DNA of 64,000 nucleotides from Chrysomallon squamiferum (GCA_012295275.1 CM022670.1:7874001-7938000), one strand, 5' to 3'; positions 39,351-55,570 are shown, counted from the stretch's first letter. The notes: generated by a model not told the origin, from the letters alone. Translations and numbers: made by a program.

Positions 39351-42300
39351 CATAATTTATCAATTTACGAGAGACAAAAAATGTTTTGTGTATCATCACT
39401 GAAGATAAATCATCAGAAAATAGTTTGGTATGAACGATAATTTAATACAGTATTCTAGTCTGTAGACTATACAACATATTATTTGACTGATTTACCGATT
39501 TGTTTTTTGACAGGTCGATCATTCACGAGTGGGTTGGGCAATTTTTGTTGACAGGTGGCTCAGGTGCTTGTTTGTTACGTCTGCTAATTATTAAAAGCAG
39601 ACGGAAAAATAAAGAAATATAACTTGTACTATCTGTCGAACAGAATGATCATTTATTCAGTATTCTTGAAAGCAAAATTAATGTATTCACAAAAAGGCCA
39701 GATAATAATCCTAATCATGAATAAATGATTGATAATGCAGCCTGCTGCAATCTCAATTCATTTTATCATTAGCAATTCAGTAAGTCCCACAGTATGTATT
39801 CAGATATTCATTAGATATCTGGCAAAATTAAAATAATTTTGATATGCTTATTACTGTGTTATAAAACTGACTAAATGGCTGAGGCCCTTTTATTATTATT
39901 ATTCCATTAAAATGTTAAATGTTTTCAGTGAATTGAAAACTACAAACCCACATAAAGCCTATGCATATTCTCAACAGACATCAAATAAAATTTCAAATCG
40001 TTAAAAATTTAAATACCTTAATAATATTGTTACTGTTCCACAATTTCAGTCTGATAAATCATAAAATTAAAATGCATTCTTTATGTGTAAGTTAAATCAG
40101 TGGGTTAAAATAGTTACAATTTTTCAATCAGTACCAATATTTTGGCTTGCTCTTTACAAATAACTTTATATTGTTATTATTATTTTGGTTCTTGTTGTTA
40201 TTTATTTGTTTGCTTCTACAATATATCTTAAAAGCAATATTAAAAATGATATAGTGCAAAAGTCAGAAGATAATTAGGTTATTCATTTTAATCATTAATT
40301 TAATTTTTGAAAAGGGGTATTCTATAACATAATTCATTTTTTCTATATGTTGGGTTTTGATTAATTAAATATAAAAACATAACTAAGATTGTATTGTGAT
40401 TCAGTGTTAAGTTAGGTACTGCAATTATTCACTTATCTGAAATAATCAAAATTACAAGAGTATTTATTTATTAAATTGCAGATTGTAGCAAAGACATTGA
40501 AAATAATCAGTGCAATTTAAAACATTTTAATGGATAACATATCTGATGCTTTAAATTGACAATATTTTAACTATATGTTTGTTATAAATGTATGAATGTT
40601 TGTTTCTATGTATATTTTGTATATATATAAAATGCAAATACAAGTGTGTTCACACAAACACAAATGCAAACATCATTTATGTGCCAATAAAATAACAAAT
40701 ACAAATATGTACACACTTGTGTACATGCATAAATGAGGTATTTGATGCTGCATCTTATAAATTGGAAAGTATATACAACTTATTAAAGGCATAAATTGAT
40801 GTGTTTATAAATCCTGTGTAACTATACAGTGCCAATGATACTAGAAATTGTAGAGAACAAAGTGAAATATCATCTTTCTTTGTTTTGTTTTTAAAGAAAT
40901 CATTTTTTTTTAAAAATATTTACAGGATATTAAGATATGTTATACAGTTATTTATAGAAATGGCTTAATTCTCAGCATGATTAACAATTTGGCTCTGAGG
41001 TGGATATTAATTATAGATATATTACCATCTTAATAAATTTACAGAACTCTGGTTATTAATTTAGCTTTATTAAAATCTTAATAATATATAACATTGGTCT
41101 GTTCTTTCATTTTCTGTTCATTGTTTTGTAATATGTTGATATATATCATTTTCAAAATATTTTATTTGTTTCCTTTAAAATGCAGACTTACTTTACAGAA
41201 TTTCATGGTATTTTTTCTGTTTTGTTTGCCAGTGTTTATTCTATTATATTTTTTTTTTTTATGTGTACAAGAGGGATAAAAGATTTTTAGATACTTAAAA
41301 AAAGAGAATCATAGATTTTTGTTTTGTTTTAAAATAAATCTTAGAAGTAATCAAAGACGATCTTCTTTATGTGTTTATACAATGATAATGTTATATAATT
41401 TTATGTAAATAAACATCTGCTTGTGTTTGTACTGTTATATAAGATACTTCGGTAATATTTGAGTCCTGATTAGTAAGCTGTGATAACAATAAATACTTAT
41501 TTGTTACAACAGATTTACCTTTAATGTTAATAATTATTACATATGATGGTTATGGGTACAAGAATTGTGAAACAGGATGCTGGATAACAAAAACAAAAAT
41601 ATTTTCAGATATAACGTCGGGTATGACTAATTGCCAGTAATGTAGGCTTGTGCTTGAAGACATATGCATGGCAGAAGGAAAATTTATGTATTGAGGTCTC
41701 TAATCAATATACCAATATTCTGCAAAGCCATGACATTTGAGAGTACATTGTATAGATTGTTATCAAATGAGAAGTAGATTGAGTCATGTCATTCACTCTA
41801 TTTTGACGTGTGCAAAGTGTCTCGACATTTATTAAGTTCTATAAAAACAAGAACTGTGTTCTGATTACAAATGTCATTATTGACATGTAATATGTGTCTG
41901 ACCTTATAGTCAGTTTACTGTCAGAAATCAGGGTACTGTTGTTGCTTTTTTTAATTTTTTTTTTTTTATTTTCTTATTTGAAGAACCACATTCTGTACAC
42001 TGTAATCTTTATTTTGTATATAAAGTGAGATAAATACACGCTCACATTATTATATACTGTTTTTTCATATATATTGTAAATATATGAAAACTGTATATTG
42101 TTCTGTTTTGCTCATGTTTACAAAAAACAAATAATTTATATACTAAATTCTTCTCTGTTATTCATCATACCAGACTGATGTTAAAACGTTTGTGATACTC
42201 GGCAGATAATGATTTTTGTGTTTCTGGGCAGATGATGTTATTTGTGTTTCACTGAACCTCACACTCATATATATCATTTGATACATCTAATCATATTATG

Positions 42301-43428
42301 TAAATCACTAAATCATTTGGAAGGAGAGAGACCACCACATGCATTAAGCTATTCATTATGTATGTTTATGAAGAAATGAAATAATAATAATAATAAATAG
42401 ATTTAACACATTTATATAATATTATTGCATTTAAATTCCTTTTATTGTTAGAACATATATATTTATATAAAATAATAAAAGTAACTTTGTACTCAAAAGT
42501 AAAAATAATCTAAGAAAAGTTTAAAATGAAATAAACATTTTACTTATAAGCAGTTAATTCATGAGCATACCAGTCTGTCATGTATCAAACTGAAGTACTT
42601 AAGATAATTTAAAATTTCAGTTATTGGTTGATATTCACACAAACAAAGAATGTCATACTTTACATAATAATATAACCAGCTAAAACTGCATTTGTAAATT
42701 TATGAATGTAATTACCTTTATCAAGCAATGCAGTAGCTAATTTATCTTAACCCCCCTGAAAATTCATTTTAATTTTGACATGAATATTAAATTGTATTAT
42801 AATAAATAACAAAAAAAAAAGTAAAAATAAAATAAAATAAATGAAATTGTATTGAATAACTTAATAAATTGTATTCACATGAACATTAAATTATAATTTT
42901 TTTTTAATCAGATAACCTGTCTGCCTTAAACAATTTATTGGCATTCATATTACATTTATGTTCAAGTTATCTGCTCGACTGAGCAGAAATCTTTATTGTA
43001 GACATTGTAATAATATAACACAAAGGTAAATTATTCCCAGTGTCCTTATACATATAACTATGTATATATTTGGTATTTTTATTCATGCATTATAATTTTA
43101 CACTTCTATCTAAAACCAGTATTATTACAGTTTTTACTATAAGTGTGTGTGTGTTTGTTATTACAAAACCTGTATATATCTCTATGTGTGTATGTGTTTA
43201 TGTTTATTGAATGTTTTTATTATTTTTTTTAATCAGTTTTTTTTTGTTATGAAACCTGAATATATCTATGTTGTTGAGGCTTTTCTCATTATTATGAAAC
43301 CTGTGTGTGTTTACATGTGTATGATTAATAAAATTTCATTGTTTTATGATTCAGGAACTAATGAAGCTGCAGGCAGTGTGAAATGAAAATCATCCAATAA
43401 GGACAGAAAGGAAATTCAATAAATCAAC

Positions 43429-43459
43429 ATGGCTGAAACCCCTACATCTCCAGTTGATG
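43429..43459 (+). CDS. First coding exon (MAETPTSPVD) of an unidentified large plus-strand gene; exon 43355..43459
   Basis: Acceptor ttttatgattcag ending at 43354, good start context aacATGG and consensus donor G/GTAAGT in phase 1. Confidence 0.55.
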
Positions 43460-46164
43460 GTAAGTGTCAGTGTTTTTATGAGTCACACATGTGGATTCTT
43501 TTATATTTTTCATATTCTGAATAATCATCTATTTCTAATAGTATAATAACAGATCAGAACTGTGGTGATATTTTATTTTTACAACAAGATTATACAGTAG
43601 AAAATAAATATAAATGTTTTTTCTTTTTGTTGTTTTATACTTTTATTTTTCTTCTAGTTTTTTTTTAAATTTATTTCCACAAAGAAGTGATCCTAGATAT
43701 AAATTTTCAAGAATGAACAGTGATCAGTTATAAATATGTTAACAAGTTGTATAAAATTAGAAATGACCAGAAATAAGTTTAATGAATTTTACAAAAGTCT
43801 GTAAAGACTGAGTAATTGAAAAAAATACCATTATTGTTATTTCTTACAGTACATAAATTTCACTGCTTGTTAAAAATAATGCCACTGCATATTTTGTGTT
43901 AGTGAGTTTAAAACTACTTTATGTTACACAAAGTATGGTTTTGTAGAAATAATAAAATTAAAAACTAAACAGTATCTTTGAATATGTGACCAAAGGAACT
44001 ATACTAGCTGTGTATTGATGTATTACTGTTATGAACTTATTGCCTGATCAAACATGTTTGTAAAAAAAAAGTTCACCATGTCACTATGCTTTTAATTTTT
44101 TAGAGACTGTTAATTATATTTAATCTGTAATTTGTATCTGAATGTAATGTTAACAAAACATTTTTTCATTTGTGAAACAATTTTTCTTTAATAAAATATA
44201 TGATGCATCCATTCTTTATCAAAGAATACCTGTCTAATATAATGTTATAACCTGATTAATAGATAATTTCAGTGATGATCTGTTGATGTGAGTTTGATTA
44301 TGCCTCAGGTTTATATCTCTGTATGTGTGTTTGTGTGTTGTTTTATTTATTAGGTTGTTCTTTTTCAGAAAAAAATGCTTTTAATTATTTATTTTGAAGC
44401 TGCCATTTACAAATGAGCTCCACACTTGTTTTTTGTTGATTTGTTTTCAGCGCATTTGTCAGTCAAATGCTTCACAATTTTTTTTTTTTTAAGTGTTGAT
44501 AATCATGCTATGGGACCAATCTCCCTGAAAATTATTTTTTTTTAAAGTAAAAATCGAATCTGCACAAAAAGTTACTGTAGCAATAACTTGTCTCCTGCCC
44601 ACTAGACAAAACGTCAAACGAGAAATGGGATGTTGGTGATCAAATTATTGGAAATTGACCTGTGATTACCGCAGCTAGGGAGTATACATTGTTTGCTTTG
44701 ATTGCTTCACTGAATTGATGAGGTGATTATTGATTGGTGGGAGCAATATGGAGAACTCCCATTGGTGGATTTCTCTTTAAGACTGCTGCGTAAATACATT
44801 GCAGTTTGACATTTTTTGCTAAACACTGAGCCAAATTAAATTTTGACTGGTTTTGTCAGCTGTAAATATTTATTGAAAGTTTCAGTGAGCAGTCACCCAG
44901 TGTTATGAAGCTAAACTAGTTTCCTTCTTCATTTTCAGTGCTGATAGAATTTCTTTTTCTTTTATTTTTCTTTTTCTTTATTTTATTTTATTTTTTTATT
45001 TTATATATATATATTTATATTTATATTTATATATTATTTTATAAATAAATAAATGAAACTGCAGCTATCTTTACTGAATATATTACACTGAAATGAAATA
45101 TATGATCATTTTGTAGTGGCTTATTGAAAAAACATAAAGATTGTTGAGATTTAAATAAAATTATTCTGATAATGTTTAACACCAACTGCTGCATGCTGTT
45201 TCTAGAAAAAATGAATTAAGTTGTCATAACACTGATGCATTAAAATCAATCAAAATTTAATTTCCAAGGTTTTTTTAACTTGTAAAATTATTAACTACAT
45301 AAGAAAAACATTGTTTATTTATTTTATAAATGTCATGACTATAAAGCAGATATAAAAACCTTATTATTTCAAAGAATACATTTGAAAGTAATCATAAAAA
45401 GACAAAACTATTACATATGCATATTGTTTTCATTTTACTTGCTGTCTCTCTCTGCCTCTATAACATATCTTTATGCATATTTTTAAAAATAAGTTATAAT
45501 GAAATATTTAAAAAATACAACTTAATTAGTGATATGGAGCTCACCTTGTATAATGCTGCTAGCAACTAGACCTATGCTGTAGTATAGTAATGAATATAAT
45601 TGTTTTCAGTGTGTAAGATTTACCTACAAGGAAGTAGGGGTACATCATGCTGGTATTTGTTTTGTGACCACTGCAGGACACAGTATGGTTAATCCTTAAC
45701 TAATTGTTCCATGCTGCTCCATGTTGGGTGGTTCACTCCCAGATGTATATACTCCTTGCTGTGTGGATACCTGGCCCATGTGGTTTTTTACATTTGTCAG
45801 CCACCTAGGTGGGGTGGTAATTACAGGACTCCATAGAGTGTTTACAGCTGAATATCTCTGGACCTACATAGATTCACATTTATTTCATATATAAAATGTT
45901 TAGTTTTAAGTCTCTTTCTATATCCCCCCAAAAAAAACTTCTTTCTGGTGTCATAAATACATCAGTAAATTTACATTACTTAGTGACTGTTAAAGTTCAG
46001 AATATATTAATTTGTGGCTTAACCATTGTGTACATTGTTTAACCGAAATCTTTGTTGATCTGCACTTTTATTATACATAACAGAAGCTGTAAGTGACTGT
46101 TTAAAACATTTCACATACTATTATAACTAAATTCTGGATACCAGAAGATTTTTCAATAATCACA

Positions 46165-46687
46165 ATGATACCGTCATCATCTCTTAAGACTGAAGACTGG
46201 CACAAATCCAAAGACAAAAAGGAAAATAGTTGTCTACAGAGAACTGATGGGAACAGTTTTAAACAACTGAAGCAAAGTGCTGATGGTCAGTCAAACATCT
46301 TGCTCAAGAGTGAAGATGATTTTTACAGCAGTCCTGAAGGCAGTGATAATGATAATGGATTTGAGAGTGGTTTTGAGAATGATGATGATGTTCTTGAAGA
46401 TGATGGCATTTTTGATGATTCAGTAGATACCAGTAACTGTGGTCTGCCAGGTCAAGATTCTATTACTGAGATTAAAAATGGTCAACAGGTAGACAACAGT
46501 AGGGGTAATAATTCTGGTGGATGGCATGATGACTTATCATTTTGTGAATCTGGTATTTTGGATTCTCGTGAGAAAGTTAGAAACAAGGCTATCTGTGAAA
46601 TATCAAGTACTGTTTGTGGTGAAGCCAGACAAAAGAACTGTACCGAACCAGTGGTCACCAAGGGCAAAGACATCTCTATCAGTCCCT
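46165..46687 (+). CDS. Coding exon of the same plus-strand gene, acidic low-complexity (alternative first or cassette exon)
   Basis: 174 open codons of coding-like composition in an AT-rich intron, with donor T/GTAAGT in phase 1. Possible acceptors end at 46083 (then 5' UTR) or 46144 (phase-1 cassette). Confidence 0.65.
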
Positions 46688-48641
46688 GTAAGTTTTGACT
46701 TAGATGTATCACATCACGAGACAGTCTCTTCCTTTTTTTCCCCTTCCATTTTCAAATAAAATAGTATGTTATTGATCTTTTTCTTTCCCTTTTATTACAT
46801 ATAAATGTATCTTTGTGACATGTTACTTTGTATGGATAGTTAGTGTGTGTTATGGGATAATTTTAAAACATTATGTATTTCGTATTTTATTATTTTTCAC
46901 TCTGAATTACAACTGTTTTATAAATGTATCATTAACAGTTTTTAAAATCTAGTATAAAAATATATGAAACAGAATTTTTTTGATTTCAATACCTTAATAT
47001 TGAAAATGAATTGTTGGATATACATTCTTCATTTCTGATATTCAGAAAAGAAATGCTTTGAAAACAGTAGCAATACATTTAAAATAATACAATTTTTGTA
47101 AGACTTATGCTTCGAAATTTTGAAACAACATAAGCTGTATAACTCGTTGTTTTTTTTTCACTTGTATTTTTGTGAGAAACTTTGGTTAATGCAGAGTTTT
47201 GTATCAACATGCAAGCAGCTAAGATTCACGAAACAAAAAAGACTGAAAATAGCAAAAAGAAAAGAAAAGAAAAAAAAAAAACTCTGATTAAAGCAATATC
47301 CAATTTCCCTTCTTTATGACATAGACAACATCGTCAATAAAATCTAATAGAGAATTAATATGAGGCTTAACTGCAAAACACGTAAATGTCTTTGATCAGT
47401 TTTAGCGTTCTAACTACTTTTCATCAATTTCTTAGCAAATGAGAATTACGATCCTGAGGGAATAAACCTGCCGTGTTGCGCGTGGTGGAATCATGCTGCA
47501 TTAGGCAGGGTCCCCAGTCTGCCATCAGCCTGCTCAACCATGCACTGCCGTAATGGAACAGTTTGGCAGACATTTCAGAACTAAATTTAGACAACTGTTG
47601 AATACATCGATACCAGAACCACCTACTTTAAGATTTTTGTGCACACAGTTTATAGTTTTATTAGTTTCCTTTATTTTTATTTTTTTTTCATTTAGATTTT
47701 TTTCTCGTTCATCTGAATTATCTGCTTGAAATTTTTATGAAATCTTAATGTCTGCTGTCATTTCTTCAAATAAAAATAAGATTTTAAATATTTGATTCTG
47801 ACAAGTAATTAAATATCATTGTTCATGATAAATTATCACATCTTTTCAGTTTACTGAATTTAGAGAGAGAGAAAGAGAGATATGAATAAGAAAAAAGATG
47901 GAGAGAAATACATTTTTTTAGAGAAATAGTTTAACTTTATTTATTATATTACTTTAAATCTGGCAATATCAAATATACTGGTACAATACGTGCTGTGAGT
48001 TACAGTTCAGTTCTTATCAAGCAGTATTTTAAGTAGGTTTTATTTTTATTTCTTTTTTTTAAAGAAAGCTTTTAGTTTGCTGTTGGTTTGTTTCGTTTAA
48101 ACAATATCCCAGTACACTGTGATATAAAATAATCAGAAATATCAGCAAACTGCAGACTCTTTATTTGCGTGTTTGTCAATGTTCAATTTGGTGATGTGAA
48201 TACGCTAAAATTTCCTAATTATTGGTGGGAATCTAATCAGACAGGATTAAAGTCAAGGATCATCATGGCCAACTTGAATAATCAAACCTCATTGGGAATA
48301 GTCTTGTTACAGTATTAATACGTGGACACAGATCCAGCATACACAGCAGACTGGAGACAGGTTTGATCACTCTAATTTAGATGTATTTCAACTTGTTTGA
48401 TTTAATAAGTCTGCAATTTGGGATGTGTTTCACTGTGAGATATTTGTAGTCACCTGTCTCGGTACAGCTGATTTCATCAATCTTGTAAATAGCATGGAAA
48501 TGTCTCGCGTGTCTGTCTTTATTTTTCTTGCTTTTTCTATCACACAGATATTTTTTTTGTTGTTGTTCTTCTGTCCCCGTTTCAGTTTTTTTCATTCTTT
48601 CTCTCCCTCCCTTCCACCCTCTCTCTCTCTCACTCTCTCCA

Positions 48642-48676
<35 letters not shown>

Positions 48677-51600
48677 CTCTCTCTGCATCTCTCTCTCTGC
48701 ACATTACCAAGACACCAAAAACATCAGATTTGTATTAAAATGTTAGAGACTTTAGGTATTCTTTGCCATTTCTTTTTAGCTAAAGGGCACATTATTGAAT
48801 TTTGTATTCCCATTAAAAAAAATTAAATGCTTTGCTTATTGTATTTTTCAGATTTAAAACTATAATGTTTTTCACCATTTAATATTTGATGCAGTTCATT
48901 AGTCTGCTGTATAACAGCTCCAACAATAAAAATTCTTAAAATGATACTTATCAAGAATAACAATGCATGTTAAAATCATAGATTTCTTTTTCGTTTTTAT
49001 TATTTTTTATTTTTTATTTTTTTTATTTTTTTGTAGATTGTATTTCACTAACTGTACTCAGGATTTCAATATCTTGTTTCCAGAGTTCATAGTCTTAATG
49101 CATTTCTATACAATAACACTGTTATCTGAAGACTATTCATTAGTTTGTCATAACAGCTCTCTAAATAGATTAATTTCACAAACATGTATCATTCCTCACA
49201 CAAACCAGTGTTCTGACAAGATTTATTACAATAGTAATATTTATTAAAACCGACATACAGGCATTAAAAAGAAAAATTAATACATTTGTAGGTGTCTAAT
49301 TGTATCAGTATTCTGTTCACTTTTCACTGGGCTGATTTGATTACCTTCAGTTATTGGAGAAATCTTGATGTATTGCCTTGTGCAGTGTCATTTTGCTGCT
49401 TCTTCCAGTCTGAGAGGATGAGAGAAAAACAGAATCATTTAATTACGTCCATACTCAAAACAGAGAACAACATCCCTGCTGGGCTTTCGTACTGGAGCCA
49501 ACACAGGATGAAAATACCACACTGCAGATGTTTATGTTTGATACCCAGTGAAAGTTGGAGATTGCAGACCTCAACATTAGTGTTTAATTTATTGGCCTAA
49601 TAGTCCGATTAGATTAGTCTTCAGCACCATTGAGCCACAGTCTGATGGCCAGTGTTAATAATTCAATCAGAAATTTTCACTTCATTTCATTTCCAACCAT
49701 GTGTTACAATGGCTTTTTTTTTTTTCATTTTTTTTTTTTTTTTTTTTCAATGCTTCATGAGTCCGGTCATCTCTAAGATAGGCTGTCCTTATGAAAAAAG
49801 ACAAGTAAATGGATTCATGTTTCATTGCACTAATTAAATCAAACTACTTCTGTGACGGTCTCAGCCTGCTGGTCTGAATAAAGACAGGGTTAAAGATAGG
49901 ATTTGTTGGTATTGTTGATGTTATTGATTTTAAGTGAAAAAAGGCTAATAACAGTTGTTTTGTGTTTGGCTGATGTATGAAACAGTGAATGTGTAGACAA
50001 GTTTTCAGATTAGAATGTGACCACGGGAAAGAAACCAAGAGAAAGAGTCTGTGAGTGAATATGTTTTACCCAAATCTCACAATTACTCTTATCACATCTT
50101 CAATTTTCTTCCATCCAGAAAAAATAAAATAAAATAAAAAATAAAACATTATAAAAGCATAATTGTTTACTAAGAAGTTTCTGAATTTTGCTAATTGTGT
50201 TCAGAATGGATATTGTTTTGAAGTATGACAAACTCCATAAATATTGGTTTATTTTCCTGCAATTCAATGCACATTATTTTGGTCAACATTAATCAAACTC
50301 TAAAAAATTGTTTACAATTAAACATAAATACGTTTTGAAGATCAATCAATTAACATTAATTTATGGTCATGGTAAAGTATACTCAGCCTAACACAGACCA
50401 TATTTAATTCTGTATATCTTGAGGTTACAGATTTTTGGGAAGGTTCTGGTAAAGTTAAAAATAAAATGTTGAGATTAGTTTCAGTCTGGGGTATCATAAA
50501 ATCCAATTGTGAAATGAATGATCTCCTAATACTTTCAGATAGCAACTGTTGTAGTTTAATTTAAAGTCATCAGGTTATAAAAAGTTGAGTTTATTAATTA
50601 AATCACTGTAAAAATGAGCTTACTCCATCTCTAAATGCATCCAATTTATTTCTAATGCTGAGACATTTATTGAAACGTGCAATACAAATTTCATTTATTC
50701 ACCCATTGTGGATTTAATAGTTGTTTTCATGACACATAATTTAGTTTGAGCCACAAGCTGATTTGTTCTCCTGTTATAAACCAACAAGTTTATTTGACAC
50801 AACATTTTCAGTGTCACATGAATAAGTCACTCCGAAAACATTTCCATGTTGAAATATGTCGTAAACTGTCGATTATTTAGCGTGTTGTTTGAGAAGCAGT
50901 GTAATAAACCATTTCAGATGATAGTTTTGTCTCAAGACAAAGCTTAACTGTTTCAGTTATAAATGTCTGTAATTTGATGATTTGTCATCTTAGTCTGCGG
51001 TAGTTTATATGTGTCCATTCATGGATGTATGTGTTACAGAACAAAAACTCTTGTTTTATTGCATGATATTTTATAATTTGCACATACATATGCATATGAG
51101 CGTCTGTTTATGTGTATATGTGACCATTGCCAACCTTGTTCTTGTTTATTTACAAAGTTTAAAGAATTAGATAATGTTTTGTGTTTAGGGTAAATGTCTG
51201 TTATATATTCTATCACAATATTATATAAATAAATGGACTAAAATCTATAAATGGTCATTCTAAAGCTGATTAATGAAGTAAAATAAGAATTGTTAGATGC
51301 ATTTTTTATTTTCAATTTCAGTAACTTACCAGTTGTAATTTCCCACACTTTTTCTTCTTTTTTCTAATTTTCTTTTCTTTTCTTTTCTTTTTTTCATTTT
51401 ATGTTATTTCTGAAGTGTACTTATATCTTAGTTTTTCATTTTGTTAACACATAACACTAGACTAAACAGACATTAATGACCCAAATTAACAAATCTCATT
51501 TCTATATAATCTTGTTAAACTGCAGTAATATTATCATGCACAGATATTTTTGTATCTGAAACAACAGTCGGCCTGTCAGCTTCTCCTAATAATACATGAA

Positions 51601-54600
51601 GAAATATTGAAAATCTTCTTGTTCTGACATCACATCAAAGGCCTCAGAATATCATTAGAGAATCAGATCCGATTCTCATCAAGTGAATTTGCGGTTCAAT
51701 CCATGCGATCCGCCAGATATCTCTTGCTTTTCTTCTACTTCAAAAGACTGCTGAGTGTTGTTGAACAAGGATATTAACAAATAGCTAATTATCTTAATTG
51801 ATTAGTATGAGTTAAAGTGGTGCATTGTCTACGGTTTGAAATGCATGATACTGTCTGCTGAGTGTTGCAATGTGCTTGTTTTTCTTATGATTGCAGATCG
51901 TTAATCTTTTTTTCCTTTATTCTTGTTTTATTTGTTTTTAATAACTCTTTCTTTAAGTTTCTTTTAGTTTTTTTTTTTATCTGATCTGATTTTTAAAGAT
52001 TGTCAAATAACAAATGCAGTCTGGTTAGAATAATAGTTGAAAAGATGTTTACATCACTGTTATCTGACTTTATCTTATTTCCAGACATACTTATCCCTAT
52101 CTTAAATCAAGATTGCTTTTTCATTTTATATAATATTTGTATTGTTTTATTATTATTGTTATTATTATTATTATTATTATTATTAATTGTTGTTATTTTA
52201 CTTTCCTTAATTTATTCTAAGGATACTTGTCAGTTTTTGAGGTCAGATTTCAGGTGTGTGATTTTTATTGATCATTTTAATGAACTGACATGTTGATCAA
52301 TTGGAAAAATTATCTTGAAAGCGTATAACAATCTGTAACAGTATGAATCAAAATTACAAAAAAAAAAAGAAAAAAAACGAAAAGAAGAAAAGAAACAAAC
52401 ATATTAAGAAAACAGCTTGACTAAGAAAATAAAGAAACAAAACAACAACATATTATCTTTTATTTAAATGAAACTTGGTAAACAAAGAAAAGAAAGAAGA
52501 AAGCACAGGCATGATTAACAAATGTGGTTCTGTGTGTTTATATATATCTGTATGTGTAAGGTATATAATGGATTAGACTAAAGATTTCATATTGACACCA
52601 GAAATAAATACACTGATTAGTCAGAAAATATAATTTTAACCAAAATGACATATTTAGAAACACTAATACTATGTTACTATATCAATCTTCCAGCCATGAC
52701 CAGCTTCCAAATTAATCTGTTAATACTTCCTATTCAAGAAAAAGTCAACCTTTACAGTTTTACCAATTATAGCTCATTTTTCACTCACACAAAAATAATT
52801 GAAGTACTGTACTTATTTCTTTTGTTTAGAGTGAAAGATAAATATTTTCACAACACCAGGATATCATTTCCTATGTTGTGTTGTTTGTGTTGTTCATTGT
52901 GTGTGATTAACAGATTATTCTTGTACACTGCAGTGTTTTCATGCTGCACAAAATCTTTAAAGCAGAGCTGTGGTCTTTGTTTGATGTTTGCACAACATTG
53001 CAGTTCATTTTGTGATTACTGTCAGAAATAATTTCAAGTAAAACTAATCGGTTGTGAAGGTTTCAAAAGCACTGAAGCTTACTGTGAATCTTAAATGTTA
53101 ATGCTAATCTAAGATTCACTACTATCCACAATGCAAACAGAATCATCGTGTTAAGAGTAAATATTTTATGTTTCCAGTTATTGTTGTAAATACCAAATTA
53201 ATTATTTGCTTGAATGTTCTTATAAATCAACAGGATTAAAATAAGTAGATTTTCAATAGGTTTTTTGGACATAAAACTAACAAAACAGTAATGAAGAAGA
53301 ACCTGTATTATGAAAATTAAAAATTTGGCTAGACCACTGACTTCAAGTCCCCTTGCACTAACTCAGGCTGATTTTAATAAACATTAATCATTACACATTT
53401 ATTAATGATTTTATGGTAGAACTGTGGTGTGGTAAAACTGACACTTTATTTTCATTAATCCAATAAATTTACTGTTTCAGACTGCTGAAGTTTATTGCAA
53501 AACATGAAGCTTAGGCTTCCATCTTGATTTATAAGTGGTCATCAATGGAACCATGTTATATATCTTGTAAATAATATATTCGTCATTTGAATCAATAAAG
53601 ATCCTAAAACTGTAAAGTGTTAAATGAAAATAAGTGAATACTAGTAATTTTGATTTTAAAACTATTTTTGTTAGGAATATTTCTCTACAAAATTTAAAAT
53701 ATGATAAAGTTAAATTTTTATATAATTTGTTTGTTTTTGTATGTTTTTTTGTGGTTTTTTTTTTTTGTTGTTGTTTTTTCTGTTTACTTTTCTGTTAGTT
53801 TTGTGATATAGGTCATTAATAATAATAATAATAATAAACCTTTTTTCTAGCTTTTAGAAAAACAAATGTACTGGTATACAAATACACAGATAATATTTTC
53901 TCATAAATTGCCATGTAAATCAAGAACAAAAAGAAATCAAAAGCAAAATTTTGAAAATTTTGAAAAATCCAGTTTTTTTATATTGGAATAAAATAAAATC
54001 ACAGTAGATTTGAGACAGACGTTCTAATTTAACTGTTATTCTAACCCAGTGTTTCTATGGTAGCAGCAGGTAACTAACAGTGCCAATATGCTGAATGGCC
54101 ATCTAGCCAATTTTGTTAATGCTCCTGTATTTGGTTAATAGAAGTCCATGAATCCTTTTATTTTCATTTTTATTCCTTTTTCTTTTTTTATTTCTGATGT
54201 AATCTTATTTATGGCTTAGACCATACCAAAAAAAAACCTTACAACTTTTATTTAATTTTTGGCCTCTCTTAACTCAATAAAATTTGGCAAAGAATTCATT
54301 TCGCAGTTGTCCACAGGAGTGACAGAATTTCTGAATTAACTTGTTCCACCAGCTCCAATTTCCGCTCTCTCCTATATTAATGTGTCGAAGGCTTACTGAA
54401 TAAACACAGACGGCCTGTATACTGGATTATAAAACTACCCGAATCAACACGAACTCAGTAAAACTACAGTGTTTTGCAGGTTTCTACATATTGATTTGAA
54501 GGGATCATAGGCCAGTGGACAAGAAGATATCCATGGAAACGTTAAAGCAATTATTTGGTAGAATTCCTTGGGATTTTATCCAGAAAATATTTTAATGCTG

Positions 54601-55179
54601 AGTTTTAATTAAGGAGACATTTTATTTCATTCTAAGTTGGTCTTTGTTTGAGTATTAGACAAACAGTGTAATTAGTTTCTTTAATGTTGATTGGGTTCCA
54701 AATAAATAGTCTCATAGTCTCAGTAGAAATGTCTGCAAATCTTTTATATACATACATACATACATACATACACACATACATAGATATATATATATCATTT
54801 ATATAAATAACATCATATAGATCTGGTCATTGTTCTTTTTTATATAAAATTATCTATTAATAATGTGGGTTTTTTGTGGGTTTTTTAACCATACCATAAT
54901 ATAAAAGATTAAATCTTTAACAGAAAATTTTCATTCCCTCTCATTAGTGAAATGTACTGTGTATTTACCTGTACATACCTACATTACCAATCATCAATAC
55001 AGTTGTGACTTGAGAAACTTACTTATGTCCACTTAAGCTTTAATTGGTATCTTCTTTTTTTGATTAAAATTAATGCTTTGTAATGTGTAACATTTGCAAT
55101 TAGTACCAAGCATGAAAAGCTAAACAAGAGATTATAAAGTTTTAGGACACTTTATAGATTTTTACTAATAACAAGAAAC

Positions 55180-55570
55180 AGACTTGCTCTGTCTTTGGGT
55201 AATATGAGAAATACAATAGCCCTGCGGATAATGTAATATCTTTTGTGATTAATATATCTAATTTGCTCTGTGTGAATTTTCTGTGATCTGTTTGACTTGT
55301 TTTTAAATGGCTCTATCTGTGAATTGTCTCTGACCTGTTTAACATATTTTTTGATTCACTGTATCTGTAAGCAATATGAAGTCACACGATCTACTGTGTC
55401 TTTGATGTATATAACATATCTGTGACTTGCTCTATCTGTAAGTTCTACGAAATCATTGGTTTGTCAGCAGTATAACATTTTTCTTGTTTCCCTAACTTGA
55501 AGCTGTACATTTTTATGATTAGCTCTACCTGTAGACTGCATAAAAACTGTAGTCCTCTCTATCTAAACAG
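55180..55570. repeat. Degenerate tandem repeat with GCTCTATCTGT core
   Basis: Core variants at ~55185, 55265, 55310, 55358, 55429 and 55522. Confidence 0.45.

Noticed and set aside
54057-54069. Tiny ATG GTA GCA GCA G/gtaact phase-1 exon candidate
   Set aside because: Too short and the donor is weak; readily expected by chance.
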